The translations under genes were made by a program, and so were the position numbers. A model generated the notes under the pieces. The model did no database searches, was not told the origin of the DNA, and saw only the letters and a list, made by a program, of their open reading frames with translations. Below are positions 8,801 to 17,766 of a stretch of 64,000 nt of DNA, piece after piece. The stretch covers positions 1,792,001 through 1,856,000 of the forward strand of contig OY969763.1 in NCBI GenBank assembly GCA_963702845.1, given 5' to 3'. The DNA comes from an uncultured Verrucomicrobiae bacterium (GTDB lineage: Bacteria; Verrucomicrobiota; Verrucomicrobiia; Limisphaerales; Palsa-1400). The number at the start of each line of letters is the position of its first letter. Within the stretch, counting starts at the first letter, position 1.

Positions 8801-11609
8801 CAGCGTCGGTGGATGTTTGCCATTCCAGTAATTTTTCGCGACTGGCCGACATTCGCCACAAGGTGCGAACAATTGCATCCAGGCTGAGGAACGCCTCAAA
8901 CGGCAAGAACACGATTGTGAAAACTGCAATGGCGAGTTGTTTCACCACTGCTGCCCCAACCGACCGCCAATGAGCGCTCCAGGGCAACTGCTCTGATTTT
9001 CGCGCCGCCTGGGCCAGCGACGCAAACAACCCCGGCACGACCACGATGCCAATCACCAATGCGGTCCAGAAACTGGCATTGCCCATCACGCCCAACCACC
9101 CCAGCGCCAACATCGCCGTAAGCGCGATTGGAACGACGCTGCGCCGCAGGTTGTCGAAGATTTTCCAGCGAGTGAGGAGATTTAGGCGATTCGTAACACT
9201 TCGACCGGATGCGTCGTTTACTCGCGGCCAAAGCCAGCGCGCAATCTGCCAATCGCCGCGAATCCAGCGATGGCGACGGTTCGCGTCCGCAAGAAAGCGC
9301 GAAGGATGTTCCTCGAAAAATTCCACGTCACTAACCAGCGCCGAACGGGTGTATCCGGACTCAATCAAGTCATGGCTGAGAATTGTATTCTCCGCGAACC
9401 GGCCGCTCAACGATGTGACGAACGCCTCCCTGTCATACATTCCTTTGCCAATGAATGACCCTTCGCGAAAGAGATCCTGGTAAACATCAGAAATAGCCTT
9501 TGTGTAAGGATCGATGCCGGTTTCACCGGCAAACAGGCGCACAAACCACGACCGCTCGGCGCTCGGCAGGCTCACGCCGACACGCGGCTGCAAAATGCCG
9601 TAGCCTTGCGTGACCACTCGCGTCTCAAGATCGATCTGTGGCGCATTTAAAACATGCGCCATATTTCCGATGAGCTTCCTCGCGGTATCGCGTGGAAGTT
9701 GGGTATCAGTGTCGAGGGTGATCACATGCCGCATTGATGCCAACAATTCCAGATCGCCGACGACTTCGGAGAATGCCTCCGCTTTCCCGCCCTGCAGCAC
9801 GTGATTGAAATCTTCCAGCTTGCCGCGTTTTCGTTCCCAGCCCATCCACAATTGCTCTTGCGGATTCCAGCGACGCGGACGGTGCAACAGAAAGAAAATG
9901 CAGGCACGATCACGTGAATATCTATGGTTCAACGCCGAGATGCCGCTATTGATACGGCGCAGCAACGGTTCGTCCGCTGGCTGCGTTTGTTCGGTCGAAT
10001 CAACGAAGTCCGTCAGCAGTGCGAAATACAAATTCGCATCTCGATTGGCGAGGTAATGAATCTCTAGTCGTTCAAGCATCGTATCGACCCCGCTGATGCT
10101 CGTTAGCATCGTCGGAACCACCACGACCGTCCTGTGTTCGTTCGGAATGCCTTCTGATAGATCGAGCCGTGGCAACAATTGCGGCGGCAGAACCAACATG
10201 ACGAACCAATTTATGAGGGATATCGCAACGTGACTGAAACCAATGACCAATAGAACTATGAGCAGTGCTGTAATCCACCCGGCGGCACCGAACGTGTGGC
10301 CGATGGAAATGGCCCATCCAGTTAATCCAAAGGCGAGGATTGTGATAGAACCGCTGTAAAAGAGCAGTGGACGTTTTTGCAGTGTTCGTCGCAACGTTTC
10401 GGAGATCGGTAGCCGCGCTTCGAGTTTCTTTTCTATTTCAGCTCGGCCTCGATTAACCAAATAATAACCCACGTGACCCAGCCGCTTGTCATTTGTCGCC
10501 GCAGGATGCGTCGCAAATTCAACCGCTGTTCGCGAAACTTCGCTCTCCGACCGCTTACTGTGGCGCGCGATTTGTTCGACCACGTGGCGATATAAATCAC
10601 GCGTCGGAAAATCCATTTGCGGATAGATTCGCCCGGGGTCGCCGCGCAGTGTTTGTTCAACAACGCTAAGCGTCTCGACAAACTCCCGCCAATCCAGCGC
10701 GCCAAGGTTGCGCAAGCTTGTGATACTGTTGCCGACCGAGACCTGATCGGCGGCCTGCATTTGGCTCTCGAGCTGGATCAGTTCTTCAAGATTCCTTCCT
10801 TCGTCTTCCAGGCGTTGTTCGAGCCAATGGCTGGCATGTTGCAGAACTGGACCGTGACCCTGCAAGCGCCGCGATAACTCAGCCACAAACGCGCTTGTTA
10901 ACCTCGGCTTGGATTGCGCGAGTTCAGCAATAGTAATGAACAGATCGCTCGGATTTGCTTCCGTGACCTTAATCATCCGCTCGGCCCAGCCATCCGCGAG
11001 GTCGCGCTGTTCGCGTCCGTAGGTGAGTTGCTGGACGATGCGGCGCAGGTTTTCAATCAACGCCAGGCGCAGCATGATCGGAATGGCCCACAATTCACCA
11101 AGTGTCAGTTCTTTGATCGTCTGATACGCGGCAACGAACGCGCTCAATTGGTCCATCGTCACCCGGCCGTCCACGTGGATAATCAGTTCGGTAATCAGCC
11201 CGTAAACGCGTGGAAAACCAGCAGCAGGTCCATTCAGTAACTTTGGCAGTTGCCGATTGTAATTCGATGGCAGATGCCGCCGCGTCAGCGCGATTTGTTC
11301 CTTAACGAGATAGAAGTTGTCCAGCAACCACTCCGACGCAGGCGTCAGCGGTCGTTTCGGCTCGTTCCTCGCGGCGTACAAGTTGTAGTCGCGCAGGATT
11401 CTTTCATTCTCGGTAAGGCGCGGCAGCAGTTCTTTGGGTGGACTTCGTGAGGTGACCTGGTGTTGGCCGGCCAGAATTCGCGCGTGCTGCTCCAATTGTT
11501 GCGTCCCGAACAACTCGGCACGCAGCGGGGCGTCGCTTGCGATTGGCGCACCTGTGCCGTTCGGAGTTTCTACCCGGGGTTTTCGATTTCTCCGCGCCAA
11601 AAGTTCCAT
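2838..11609 (-). CDS. ndvB: Cyclic beta-1,2-glucan synthase (GT84 synthase, glucoamylase-like domain and GH94 phosphorylase)
   Basis: 2923 aa; EWLLDNFY, WMGWERKRGKL, ILSHDLIES, RRHRWIRGDWQ, SWSGSMFEYLMP, GFRDQLQD, GDWNDGMN and ENGGQYTH motifs of Cgs/NdvB/ChvB. Confidence 0.95.
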   Translation of the reverse strand: MELLARRNRKPRVETPNGTGAPIASDAPLRAELFGTQQLEQHARILAGQHQVTSRSPPKELLPRLTENERILRDYNLYAARNEPKRPLTPASEWLLDNFYLVKEQIALTRRHLPSNYNRQLPKLLNGPAAGFPRVYGLITELIIHVDGRVTMDQLSAFVAAYQTIKELTLGELWAIPIMLRLALIENLRRIVQQLTYGREQRDLADGWAERMIKVTEANPSDLFITIAELAQSKPRLTSAFVAELSRRLQGHGPVLQHASHWLEQRLEDEGRNLEELIQLESQMQAADQVSVGNSITSLRNLGALDWREFVETLSVVEQTLRGDPGRIYPQMDFPTRDLYRHVVEQIARHSKRSESEVSRTAVEFATHPAATNDKRLGHVGYYLVNRGRAEIEKKLEARLPISETLRRTLQKRPLLFYSGSITILAFGLTGWAISIGHTFGAAGWITALLIVLLVIGFSHVAISLINWFVMLVLPPQLLPRLDLSEGIPNEHRTVVVVPTMLTSISGVDTMLERLEIHYLANRDANLYFALLTDFVDSTEQTQPADEPLLRRINSGISALNHRYSRDRACIFFLLHRPRRWNPQEQLWMGWERKRGKLEDFNHVLQGGKAEAFSEVVGDLELLASMRHVITLDTDTQLPRDTARKLIGNMAHVLNAPQIDLETRVVTQGYGILQPRVGVSLPSAERSWFVRLFAGETGIDPYTKAISDVYQDLFREGSFIGKGMYDREAFVTSLSGRFAENTILSHDLIESGYTRSALVSDVEFFEEHPSRFLADANRRHRWIRGDWQIARWLWPRVNDASGRSVTNRLNLLTRWKIFDNLRRSVVPIALTAMLALGWLGVMGNASFWTALVIGIVVVPGLFASLAQAARKSEQLPWSAHWRSVGAAVVKQLAIAVFTIVFLPFEAFLSLDAIVRTLWRMSASREKLLEWQTSTDAEGKARTDFRSVLGKMWGVPVFAVMLAVAIFSLQSTQIEFCAALLALWFVSPLIAWWISLPLKPAKPSLSDKQFQFLQKTARKTWRFFETFINDDDHWLPPDNFQESPREVLATRTSPTNIGLSMLAALGAWDFGYITTQQLLERLTRTLTTLDQLERHRGHFYNWYDTRTLKPMLPLYLSSVDSGNFAAHTLTLRSGLLESPDLPVANCVGVQAIEHTYMVLNDAISASTSLNGDGQQVEKKLSNLHLILSRHRDRKNHTPTELAAVLNEVSIAAAEVATATHDVADADCKWWAQNLANMCVAQQEELRLLTPWVELPRPPMELTKLVFAPDANRLHELSGFLAMLERFPTLREAARFDQTLLPLLNLVLHKVSSQKTVSEEALQWLKSASQCIMEASRNARHRMDAINALAHRCGDVAEMDFRFLFDESRELFSIGYNATDHRMDGSFYDLLASEARLTSYLAISQYQVQQEHWFALSRILVSPCGSPVLVSWSGSMFEYLMPILVMPSYENTLLDRSCKAAVQRQIEYGRERGVPWGFSESGYYLTDAHLNYQYRAFGVPGLGLKRGLSDDLVVAPYATMMALMVCPTEACENLQRLSREGREGRYGFYEAIDYTPSRLRPGQSSATVRSFMAHHQGMGFLALVGLLRNKPMQRRFQSYPLFKSTELLLQERVPKVVTPLYPGELEAAGRPESENKKEEFIRVFTNPNTPFPEVHLLSNSRYTTAVTTSGAGFAHWKGLALTRWREDATRDCDGTFCYVRDLESNEVSSIAYQPTTKPSKVYEAIFTQGRAEFRRRIDELDMHTEISVSTEDDVELRRITLTNRSPKPKTIELTTYAEVVLAQQNADLAHPAFSNLFVETEILRQHAAILCKRRPRSEKDSPPFYVHLMLPHGAVTEEVSYETDRSKFVGRCRTTANPVAMEAPGPLSNSEGPVLDPIIAIRRVIKLAPDQSARVDLIFGVCETREGAMHIVSKYRDATLSDRIMDLAWTHSQVVLHQLNSTEADAQLFGRLATALIYAHQFRRAPAATLIKNKRGQSSLWAYGISGDLPIALIYLSDINSNDFAKKILQAHAYWRLKGLQCDMVILTQEDSIYRQSLFDQVVGMVAASTEAAMLDRPGGIFVRRSDQIQADDQVLLQTVARLVLSDSAGTLVDQTNRRVRPEPTIPQLIPVRRAEQDRQFPPRSPEQRLKFYNGFGGFSPEGDEYVITLKPGQVTPAPWVNVIANPHFGTVLSESGSAYTWFENSHEYRLTKWGNDAVMDTTGEAFYIRDEQTGEFWSPTPLPARGTQPYGIRHGAGYSVFTYSEYGVESELTIFVAKDAPVKFAVLKFRNTSNRAKRLSAFGYWEWVLGELRSKNLPHVITELDTRTGALLARNAYNTDFPGRVAFVDVQVPTRTLTGDRCEFIGRNGTLAQPAALRRLRLSGRVGAGFDPCAAMQVPFDLGEGQEREIIFRLGAARDAGEVQQLIERFKDPAAVHAELDAVKAYWNETLGAVQVETPEPALDLLANQWLVYQTLGCRMWARSGYYQSSGAFGFRDQLQDAMALVHCNPRALRDQILYAAAHQFVEGDVQHWWHPPTNRGVRTHFSDDYLWLPFAVCRYVFSTGDYDILNETVAFIEGRPLKPDEEAYFDLPRVGPSSTLYEHCVRAVTNGLKFGAHGIPLIGCGDWNDGMNLVGEHGKGESVWLGFFLHNVLTQFSQVARQRHDDAFAQKCVEEAEQLHHYIEENAWDGNWYKRAWFDDGTPLGSAENEECQIDSLPQSWAVISGAGDSGRARKAMDAVDQRLVRRDGRLIQLFTPAFDKSALNPGYIKGYVPGIRENGGQYTHAAVWTIIAFTMMGDHRRAWELFRMILPPNHSKNADEAGMYRVEPYVAVADIYGVPPHVGRGGWTWYTGSAGWLYRLTLEHLLGLRREGDRLRFVPCIPPEWKSFKVHYRVGKTLYDIELQAEAGWQKVKAISVDGAEQSGDALSLKDDGQAHQVKVLF

Positions 11610-11622
11610 GCAATAAACAATC

Positions 11623-13617
11623 TCAATCCTTCACCGACGCCTTAGCATCCAGCGCGGCACGGATTGTTTTGATCAATGCATCCTGGTGATAGGGCTTTTG
11701 CAAAAAGTTTACCTCGCTGCGAAGCGCAAAATCCTGTTGCAAAACTTCCTCGCTGTAACCGCTGGTGTAAACCACCTTCAGATCCGGCTTTTGCGCCTGC
11801 AATGTCTCAGCCAGCTCGCTGCCCGTCATGCCGTCGGGCATCACCATATCCGTAAATAAAAGAGCAATGTCCTTTCCGTGTTGCGCCCACAACCCGAGAG
11901 CATCCTTGCCGGAATTCGCCTGAATAATCTGGTAGCCTTGCCGTCGCAATTGGCGGGTGACCAATTCGCGCAGCGCCGGTTCATCCTCCACCACAAGAAT
12001 CGTTTCTGCTCCCGACGTTTGTTTGTCAGGCGCAATCGGGCGCTTGCCGGCGGTGGTGGGAGACAGGGCCACGGGAAGGTAAATTTTAAACGTTGAACCC
12101 ACGCCAACCTCACTGCTCACTTCAACCCAACCGCGATGTTGACGCACGATCCCGTATGCACTGGAAAGACCCAGCCCAAGGCCGCTTTCCTTCGTAGTAA
12201 AAAATGGTTCGAAAATCCTTTTGACCGTCTCGCGATCCATTCCTTTGCCCGTATCCGTGATCGTCAGACAAATATATTTGCCCGGGTGCGCATCTGGATT
12301 TCGCAAGGCAATGTCCCGTCCAACATCGATCAATGCCGTCGAAACAAGAATGCGGCCCCCGCGTGGCATCGCATCGCGTGCGTTCATGGCCATATTCATG
12401 ACGACCTGCTCGATCATGGTCGTATCACCCTGAATTTGTGGAAGGTTCGGCGCGAGCTTCAACTCCTGATGAATATTTTGGCCCAGCAAACCCCGGATTG
12501 TCTGACTCGTCCGATTGAGTAACTCATTCAAATCGACTGTCTTCGGCAGGAACGTCTGCTTGCGACTAAAAGTCATCAGCTGCCCTGTGAGGTAGGTTGC
12601 GCGTTCGGCCGCCGTGGAGATCTGGCGTAAGGATTCCTGTGTTTCCGCCGGCAATGCAGACTGCGACAGAAGCAGGCAGGTGTAGCCCTGAATAATTCCA
12701 AGCACGTTATTGAAGTCGTGTGCGACGTTTGAAGCGAGATGGCTCACTGTTTCCAGTTTTCGGGCCTGTTCCAATTGGGACTCCAATTGCAGCCGCTCCG
12801 TCAGATCGGTTCCGTAACAATGGACGACGTTGCCGTTCGGCACCGGGAAAAACGACCAATACAAATGCCGGTCTCCGATAACAGTTTCTTCGCGAATGCG
12901 ATTCTCCCGAGTTTTCAAACACTGCCTGACAATTTCGGCTGCGTCCGGCGGTGCAATTTGCAACGGCGAACCAAGGCCCAGATATTTTGCCAGATCCAGT
13001 GCGGAGTCGTTGAACCACGTCAACGTTCCATCCGCTGAAAATTCCAAAATCGGGTTTGGATTGGATGTCGGGAATGATGCCAGCCGAAGAATCTTCTCTT
13101 CTGCGTCTTTGATGTTGGTCACGTCCGCTAGAGCGATGCGGTAGTTCTTTTGATCCGGACCGCGCGGAAGGCAAACCAGTTGCACGTCATGGTTCGAACG
13201 TTTCAGACGAAATTCTCCTGCGAACTGCGTTTGCTCGCCTCTGCTGCAACGGTGCAGATGTTCGCGCATCTTTGGCGCGTCAGCTTCGGAAACAAATTCA
13301 ACCATTGATTTGCCGATGAGTTGTTGAGGTTCCGCGCCGAAAATTGCGGCGCCTGACTTATTGATGCGCTGGATGACTGTTGCTTCGTTGCTTTCGAGGT
13401 AGGCGACGTCGCCCTTGTCGTAAATTTCGTTGAAAGCTGCTGGAGAAGATTTCTCGAGTTGTTGACGGTGCAACTCGAGGTTTTCCAAAGCGACATAGAG
13501 AAGCCGCTCTTGAAGGTGCCGGAATGCACCCAGCAAATCACGCGCTGGAAAACTGCTGGCCTTTTGCCAGTCCACGCCTGGTTCACTTGGTGACAAAGTT
13601 GTACCTTGCTCATTCAT
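11623..13617 (-). CDS. Hybrid PAS sensor histidine kinase / response regulator (CckA-like architecture)
   Basis: PAS domains, VAHDFNNVL H-box, NARDAMPRGG, FEPFFTTK, GLGLGLS, C-terminal receiver (LVVEDE, TDMVMP). Confidence 0.92.
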   Translation of the reverse strand: MNEQGTTLSPSEPGVDWQKASSFPARDLLGAFRHLQERLLYVALENLELHRQQLEKSSPAAFNEIYDKGDVAYLESNEATVIQRINKSGAAIFGAEPQQLIGKSMVEFVSEADAPKMREHLHRCSRGEQTQFAGEFRLKRSNHDVQLVCLPRGPDQKNYRIALADVTNIKDAEEKILRLASFPTSNPNPILEFSADGTLTWFNDSALDLAKYLGLGSPLQIAPPDAAEIVRQCLKTRENRIREETVIGDRHLYWSFFPVPNGNVVHCYGTDLTERLQLESQLEQARKLETVSHLASNVAHDFNNVLGIIQGYTCLLLSQSALPAETQESLRQISTAAERATYLTGQLMTFSRKQTFLPKTVDLNELLNRTSQTIRGLLGQNIHQELKLAPNLPQIQGDTTMIEQVVMNMAMNARDAMPRGGRILVSTALIDVGRDIALRNPDAHPGKYICLTITDTGKGMDRETVKRIFEPFFTTKESGLGLGLSSAYGIVRQHRGWVEVSSEVGVGSTFKIYLPVALSPTTAGKRPIAPDKQTSGAETILVVEDEPALRELVTRQLRRQGYQIIQANSGKDALGLWAQHGKDIALLFTDMVMPDGMTGSELAETLQAQKPDLKVVYTSGYSEEVLQQDFALRSEVNFLQKPYHQDALIKTIRAALDAKASVKD

Positions 13618-13738
13618 GAAGTTCGGCCCGCCCTCTCTTGTTGAACACTAATCGCAACTTTCCCGAGACGCAATTAGCGGAGCCTGCGGGTTTATTCCTG
13701 CGCATTTGCCCCGAGCATCGTTGTGCCGAGGGCTCGAC

Positions 13739-14071
13739 TCAACTTACGAGGACCTCATCCTGTAGTTTCTCTTTCGCGCGTGAAACGAATTCGTGGTGTA
13801 ACGTCTTGGCGAGATCAGACATTTCGGGGCGCGAGATAGTAGCAGGTTCCAAAAAAATCTGCGGACGAACCCACGGCTGATCGGGAACGTCTTCCCCGTG
13901 ACGCACGTAACAGTGCTGCTCAATCTTAAGCAAACCCTGGGCGACCGCGCCTACGGTATGCACCCAAATCTCGGCGTAATCCGGTTCGGCGTAGCGAAAT
14001 CCGTTCGCCTCCAGACAATCGTAGTCGCATTTGCCGATTAATGTTTCTGATTCAAAGATCACCTTTGTCAT
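13739..14071 (-). CDS. Hypothetical protein
   Basis: 110-aa ORF of normal composition, preceded by GGAG-like/ACTCCA context; no family recognised. Confidence 0.6.
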   Translation of the reverse strand: MTKVIFESETLIGKCDYDCLEANGFRYAEPDYAEIWVHTVGAVAQGLLKIEQHCYVRHGEDVPDQPWVRPQIFLEPATISRPEMSDLAKTLHHEFVSRAKEKLQDEVLVS

Positions 14072-14249
14072 AACGTGGAGTGTATTCAGCTCTCCCTTCG
14101 GATTTTATCAACCGGTCCATCGTGAGACGTGGGTCGGTTCGATACCATTCGATTGGAAAGGGGGCCTGAAGCTGTTCGACGGACATTGTGATGAACTCCG
14201 GATTTGAGGAATCCGTTGTTTCTGTCCAATTCTCAAGCTGCCGAGCCAT
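14052..14249 (-). CDS. Small hypothetical protein
   Basis: 65-aa ATG ORF overlapping the next gene by 20 bp. Confidence 0.35.
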   Translation of the reverse strand: MARQLENWTETTDSSNPEFITMSVEQLQAPFPIEWYRTDPRLTMDRLIKSEGRAEYTPRYDKGDL

Positions 14250-14389
14250 AGTGCATGTTTACTCGTGAATGGACCACCCGCTCACGATGCCGATAGCACA
14301 CCAGATTCCTCTAGGTCCCGGAAGGGGGGCGCGTCCTCGAAGAACGAGCAAGAAATGGCTATGAGCCCTATACTGGAATGGCTGACGTC

Positions 14390-15864
14390 TTAAGCCGCCG
14401 CAATCTGCGGGGCCGCGGAGCGTTGGGCACGCAGGTCAGATTTGCGTTGGCGCAGGCTCTTGAAGAATTCGAATCCTTCGCGGCAACGGCGCACGCAAAC
14501 GTCCTTGTCCTCGAGCATCGTCTTGATGATGCGCAGAATCGGTTTCGGACGCAGATAGTAGGCGCGATAAAAACGATCCACCGCTTCGAAAATCTCGTCC
14601 TTCGGCAAGCCAGGATATTCCAGAGCGCTTTGTTGGAAGCCGTGGTCGTGCACGATGTCGGTCTTGTCCTTTTTGCGAAAACCAGCCGTTTTGACGGGCC
14701 ATCTCGAAAAGCTCCGTGCCGGGATAGGGCGCGGCGAGCGAAACCTGGATGCTGAACACGTCGAGTTCTTGCGCGAAACGAATCGTGTTCTCAATCGTTT
14801 GCTGCGTTTCGATCGGCAGACCCAGAATGAACGTGCCGTGAATGACCACGCCCGCCTTGTGGCAGGACTTGGTGAAGCGGCGCATTTCGTCCATCGTCAC
14901 GCCCTTCTTGATGCGCGTGAGGATGTCGTCGTTGCCCGATTCGTAACCGACCAGGAACAAGCGCAGACCGGAGTCCTTGAATTGTTTAATCGTATCGTAA
15001 TCGAGGTTGGCGCGGCTGTTGCAGGACCAGGTCAAGCCAAGCGGCGCGAGTTTCTTGGCGATTTCGCGAGCGCGCGGCAGGTTCGCGGTAAAGGTATCGT
15101 CATCGAAGAAGAATTCCGGCTACTTGCGGGAACAGCTTCTTCGCGTAGGCCATTTCATCGGCGACATTTTCGGGCGAGCGCACGCGGTATTTGTGTCCGC
15201 CGATCGTCTGCGGCCACAGGCAGAAGCTGCATTGCGCCGGGCAACCGCGTCCGGTGTAGAGGCTGATGTAAGGGTGCAGCAGGTAACCGATGAAATACTT
15301 TTCGATCTCGCAGGTCGCGCTTGTAGGTGTCGATCACCCACGGGAGCACGTCCATGTTCGAAATCATCTCGCGCTCTTTGTTGTGGATGATTTTGCCATC
15401 GGCATTGCGATAGGAAAGTCCATCGATTTTGTCGAGCGGGCGGCCTTCGGCAACTTCTTTGCAGGTGAAATCAAATTCTTTGCGGCCGACCCAATCGATG
15501 GATGCCGACGCCTTCAGCGTCTCGGTCGGAAGCACCGCGGCGTGTGCGCCGACGAAACCGATTTTGACTTTGGGGTTCTGCTGCTTGATCGCTTCGGCGA
15601 CTTTGCAATCGTTCTTCAACGACGGCGTCGAGGTGTTGATGATGACGTGATCGTACCTGCAGCGCCTCGGCCAGGCATTGCTTGATGTCGATGTCGATGC
15701 GGCGGGCAATCGAGCAGCCGGCTGTTCGGCGTGAGCGCGGCTGGTTGCGCGAGCCACGTCGGATACCAGTACGACGTCACTTCGCGACGCGCCTGGTAGC
15801 GCGCACCGGCGCCGCCGTCAAATCCATCAAAACTTGGTGGTGAAAGAAACAGGGTCTTGCTCAT
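14390..15864 (-). CDS. hpnJ: Hopanoid biosynthesis B12-binding radical SAM protein HpnJ; broken by several indels, probably sequencing errors
   Basis: N-term MSKTLFLSPPSFDGFDGGAGARYQARREVTSYWYPTWLAQPAA; YTGRGCPAQCSFCLWPQTIGGH (CxxxCxxC) near 15200-15260; WSCNSRAN; GYESGN; IQVSLAAPYPGT. Pieces lie in different frames. Confidence 0.9.
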
Positions 15865-15918
15865 CTTAGTAAATCGGGTCTTCGTTTGTTGAACCAACGA
15901 ACATTCGGAAATTATCTG

Positions 15919-17331
15919 CTACTCCGCTTTTTTATTGGCCGCAATTTTGGCCAGCAACTCATCGCGTTGGGTCGTGTCACCGGTGCCGCAGGAACCGCCT
16001 TCTTTGTGATCGTGCGGTTCTTCGCGGCGTTGGAAAACGGATTGCGCGCCATTCATGGCTGCACGTGGCGAATTGATCGCCGCCTTCGCTTCGGCCAGAT
16101 GGCCTTTGCCGATCGAAACGCCGTTGAACGCTTTGACATTCGCGCCAGCGTAGTAAGGTTTGGGCTTGGAACTGAAATTATATTTCATGTTCTTCCAGTT
16201 ATCGGTCGGGTTGCTCGAGAGCGCGCCGCTCGGATCGTAGCCGCAATGGACCATGCAATTCTCGCAACGCGGGTCGCGCGCGACGCCGTCCACCACGCCG
16301 TATTTGTTCCAATCCACCTTCGTGAGCATTTCCTGATAACCGGCGTAATGCCCGTCGGTCATGAGATAGCAGGGGGCCTTCCAACCTTTAATATTGCGGG
16401 TGGGAATGGCCCAGGCGGTGCAGGTCAATTCGCGTTTGCCCGCGAGAAATTCCTGGTAAACGACCGTGCCGAAAATCGTAAAACGTTCGCCCCATTCCTG
16501 AATTTTCGCGAATTTTTCGCGCGTCATTTTGCGCGTGAGGAAAAAGTCTTCGGGCTGTTTGCCCAGGCGCGAGACCATGTCTTTCTTGGCGGCGTCGTAT
16601 TCGTAGCCGGGAGAAATCGTGTGGCCATCAACTTCCATCGACGAGAAGAATTCGAACATCTCGCTGATTTCTTTGACGTCGGTTTCTTTGTAAACCGTCG
16701 TGTTGGTCGCGACCTGATAACCAAGAATTTTGGCCATCTTGATCGCTTCGACGCATTCCTTGAAAACGCCTTCGCGTTCGACAATCAAATCGTGCGTGTA
16801 TTCCAGACCGTCGATGTGGACGTTCCAATACATCCACTTCGTCGGGCGAATCACAACGCGACCATCGTTTTTGCCTTTGCGAATTGTTTCGACGTCTTTT
16901 TCGGAAACTAATTTTTTCTCGAGCAATTCCGCGATCTTCGGCTCAAGCGCCGGGCTGTAAATGGCAGCCATGTAATCGCGCATCTTTTTGCGCATGAACA
17001 TGCCGTTCGTGCAGACGTAAACGATGCGGCCTTGTTTGAGAATGCCGTCGATGCATTCCTCGATCTTCGGATAAATCAGCGGTTCACCGCCGCAAATGGA
17101 CACCATCGGCGCATCGCATTCCTGCGCGGCACCGAGGCAATCCTCCAGCGACATCATGTCCTTCAGGCTGGTGGAATATTCGCGAATACGCCCGCAGCCG
17201 GTGCAGGTCAGATTGCAGGTGTGGAGCGGTTCCAGCTGCAGCACCATGGCAAATTTTGGTGTGCGGCGGATGATCTTATGTTTGACAATATGAGCGGCGA
17301 TTTTCGCCGTCAACGCGAGTGGAAATCGCAT
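15919..17331 (-). CDS. hpnH: Adenosylhopane synthase, radical SAM HpnH (with DUF3463 C-terminal domain)
   Basis: LQLEPLHTCNLTCTGCGRI, SICGGEPL, CTAWAIPTRNIKGWKAPCYL, DPRCENCMVHCGY; adjacent to hpnJ. Confidence 0.92.
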   Translation of the reverse strand: MRFPLALTAKIAAHIVKHKIIRRTPKFAMVLQLEPLHTCNLTCTGCGRIREYSTSLKDMMSLEDCLGAAQECDAPMVSICGGEPLIYPKIEECIDGILKQGRIVYVCTNGMFMRKKMRDYMAAIYSPALEPKIAELLEKKLVSEKDVETIRKGKNDGRVVIRPTKWMYWNVHIDGLEYTHDLIVEREGVFKECVEAIKMAKILGYQVATNTTVYKETDVKEISEMFEFFSSMEVDGHTISPGYEYDAAKKDMVSRLGKQPEDFFLTRKMTREKFAKIQEWGERFTIFGTVVYQEFLAGKRELTCTAWAIPTRNIKGWKAPCYLMTDGHYAGYQEMLTKVDWNKYGVVDGVARDPRCENCMVHCGYDPSGALSSNPTDNWKNMKYNFSSKPKPYYAGANVKAFNGVSIGKGHLAEAKAAINSPRAAMNGAQSVFQRREEPHDHKEGGSCGTGDTTQRDELLAKIAANKKAE

Positions 17332-17336
17332 ATCGA

Positions 17337-17570
17337 TTAGTTGAGTTGCACTGAATCCGTTGTGTCCCCTGCCTTATGCGTCAAAGAAGCGGTCTGAGTA
17401 GCTGTAGCTGCCGCCGGTTGCTTCTCGGCAGGCTTGGTTTGTCCGATCCCCGGCAAAAAGAACATCAGAGGATTGATCGTCTGCTGGGTATTGATACCGG
17501 TGCAGCCGGTGCCGACGATTATAAGCGTCGCCACCAATCCGAACGTTCTTGTAAACCATCCTAATTTCAC
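17337..17570 (-). CDS. Small putative lipoprotein
   Basis: Hydrophobic signal ending GTGC; stops 5 bp before the hpnH start. Confidence 0.6.
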   Translation of the reverse strand: MKLGWFTRTFGLVATLIIVGTGCTGINTQQTINPLMFFLPGIGQTKPAEKQPAAATATQTASLTHKAGDTTDSVQLN

Positions 17571-17638
17571 TGATCGAAGTATAGGACTCGGTCAAGGGTT
17601 GGCAATACTTTAATCGCGTAGGGGAATACACGAGCGCA

Positions 17639-17692
17639 ACCGGTGGTCGTATGGATGCCCCGACACCGCAACGGGCAGCATACGCCACCGGT
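17639..17692. repeat. Imperfect inverted repeat (REP-like hairpin or terminator)
   Basis: ACCGGTGGTCGTATGGATGCCC ... GGGCAGCATACGCCACCGGT. Confidence 0.55.
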
Positions 17693-17766
17693 CCGCGATG
17701 CATTCTTTGACCGTCGTCAACTATTCGCAAATTCCGTGTGTTCATAGATTTGGCCTTTCTGTTTTG

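Noticed and set aside
14390..15864. hpnJ as a pseudogene or programmed-frameshift gene
   Set aside because: Several scattered 1-2 bp indels, no slippery motif recognised, and conserved residues intact; more consistent with consensus errors. Needs read-level checking.
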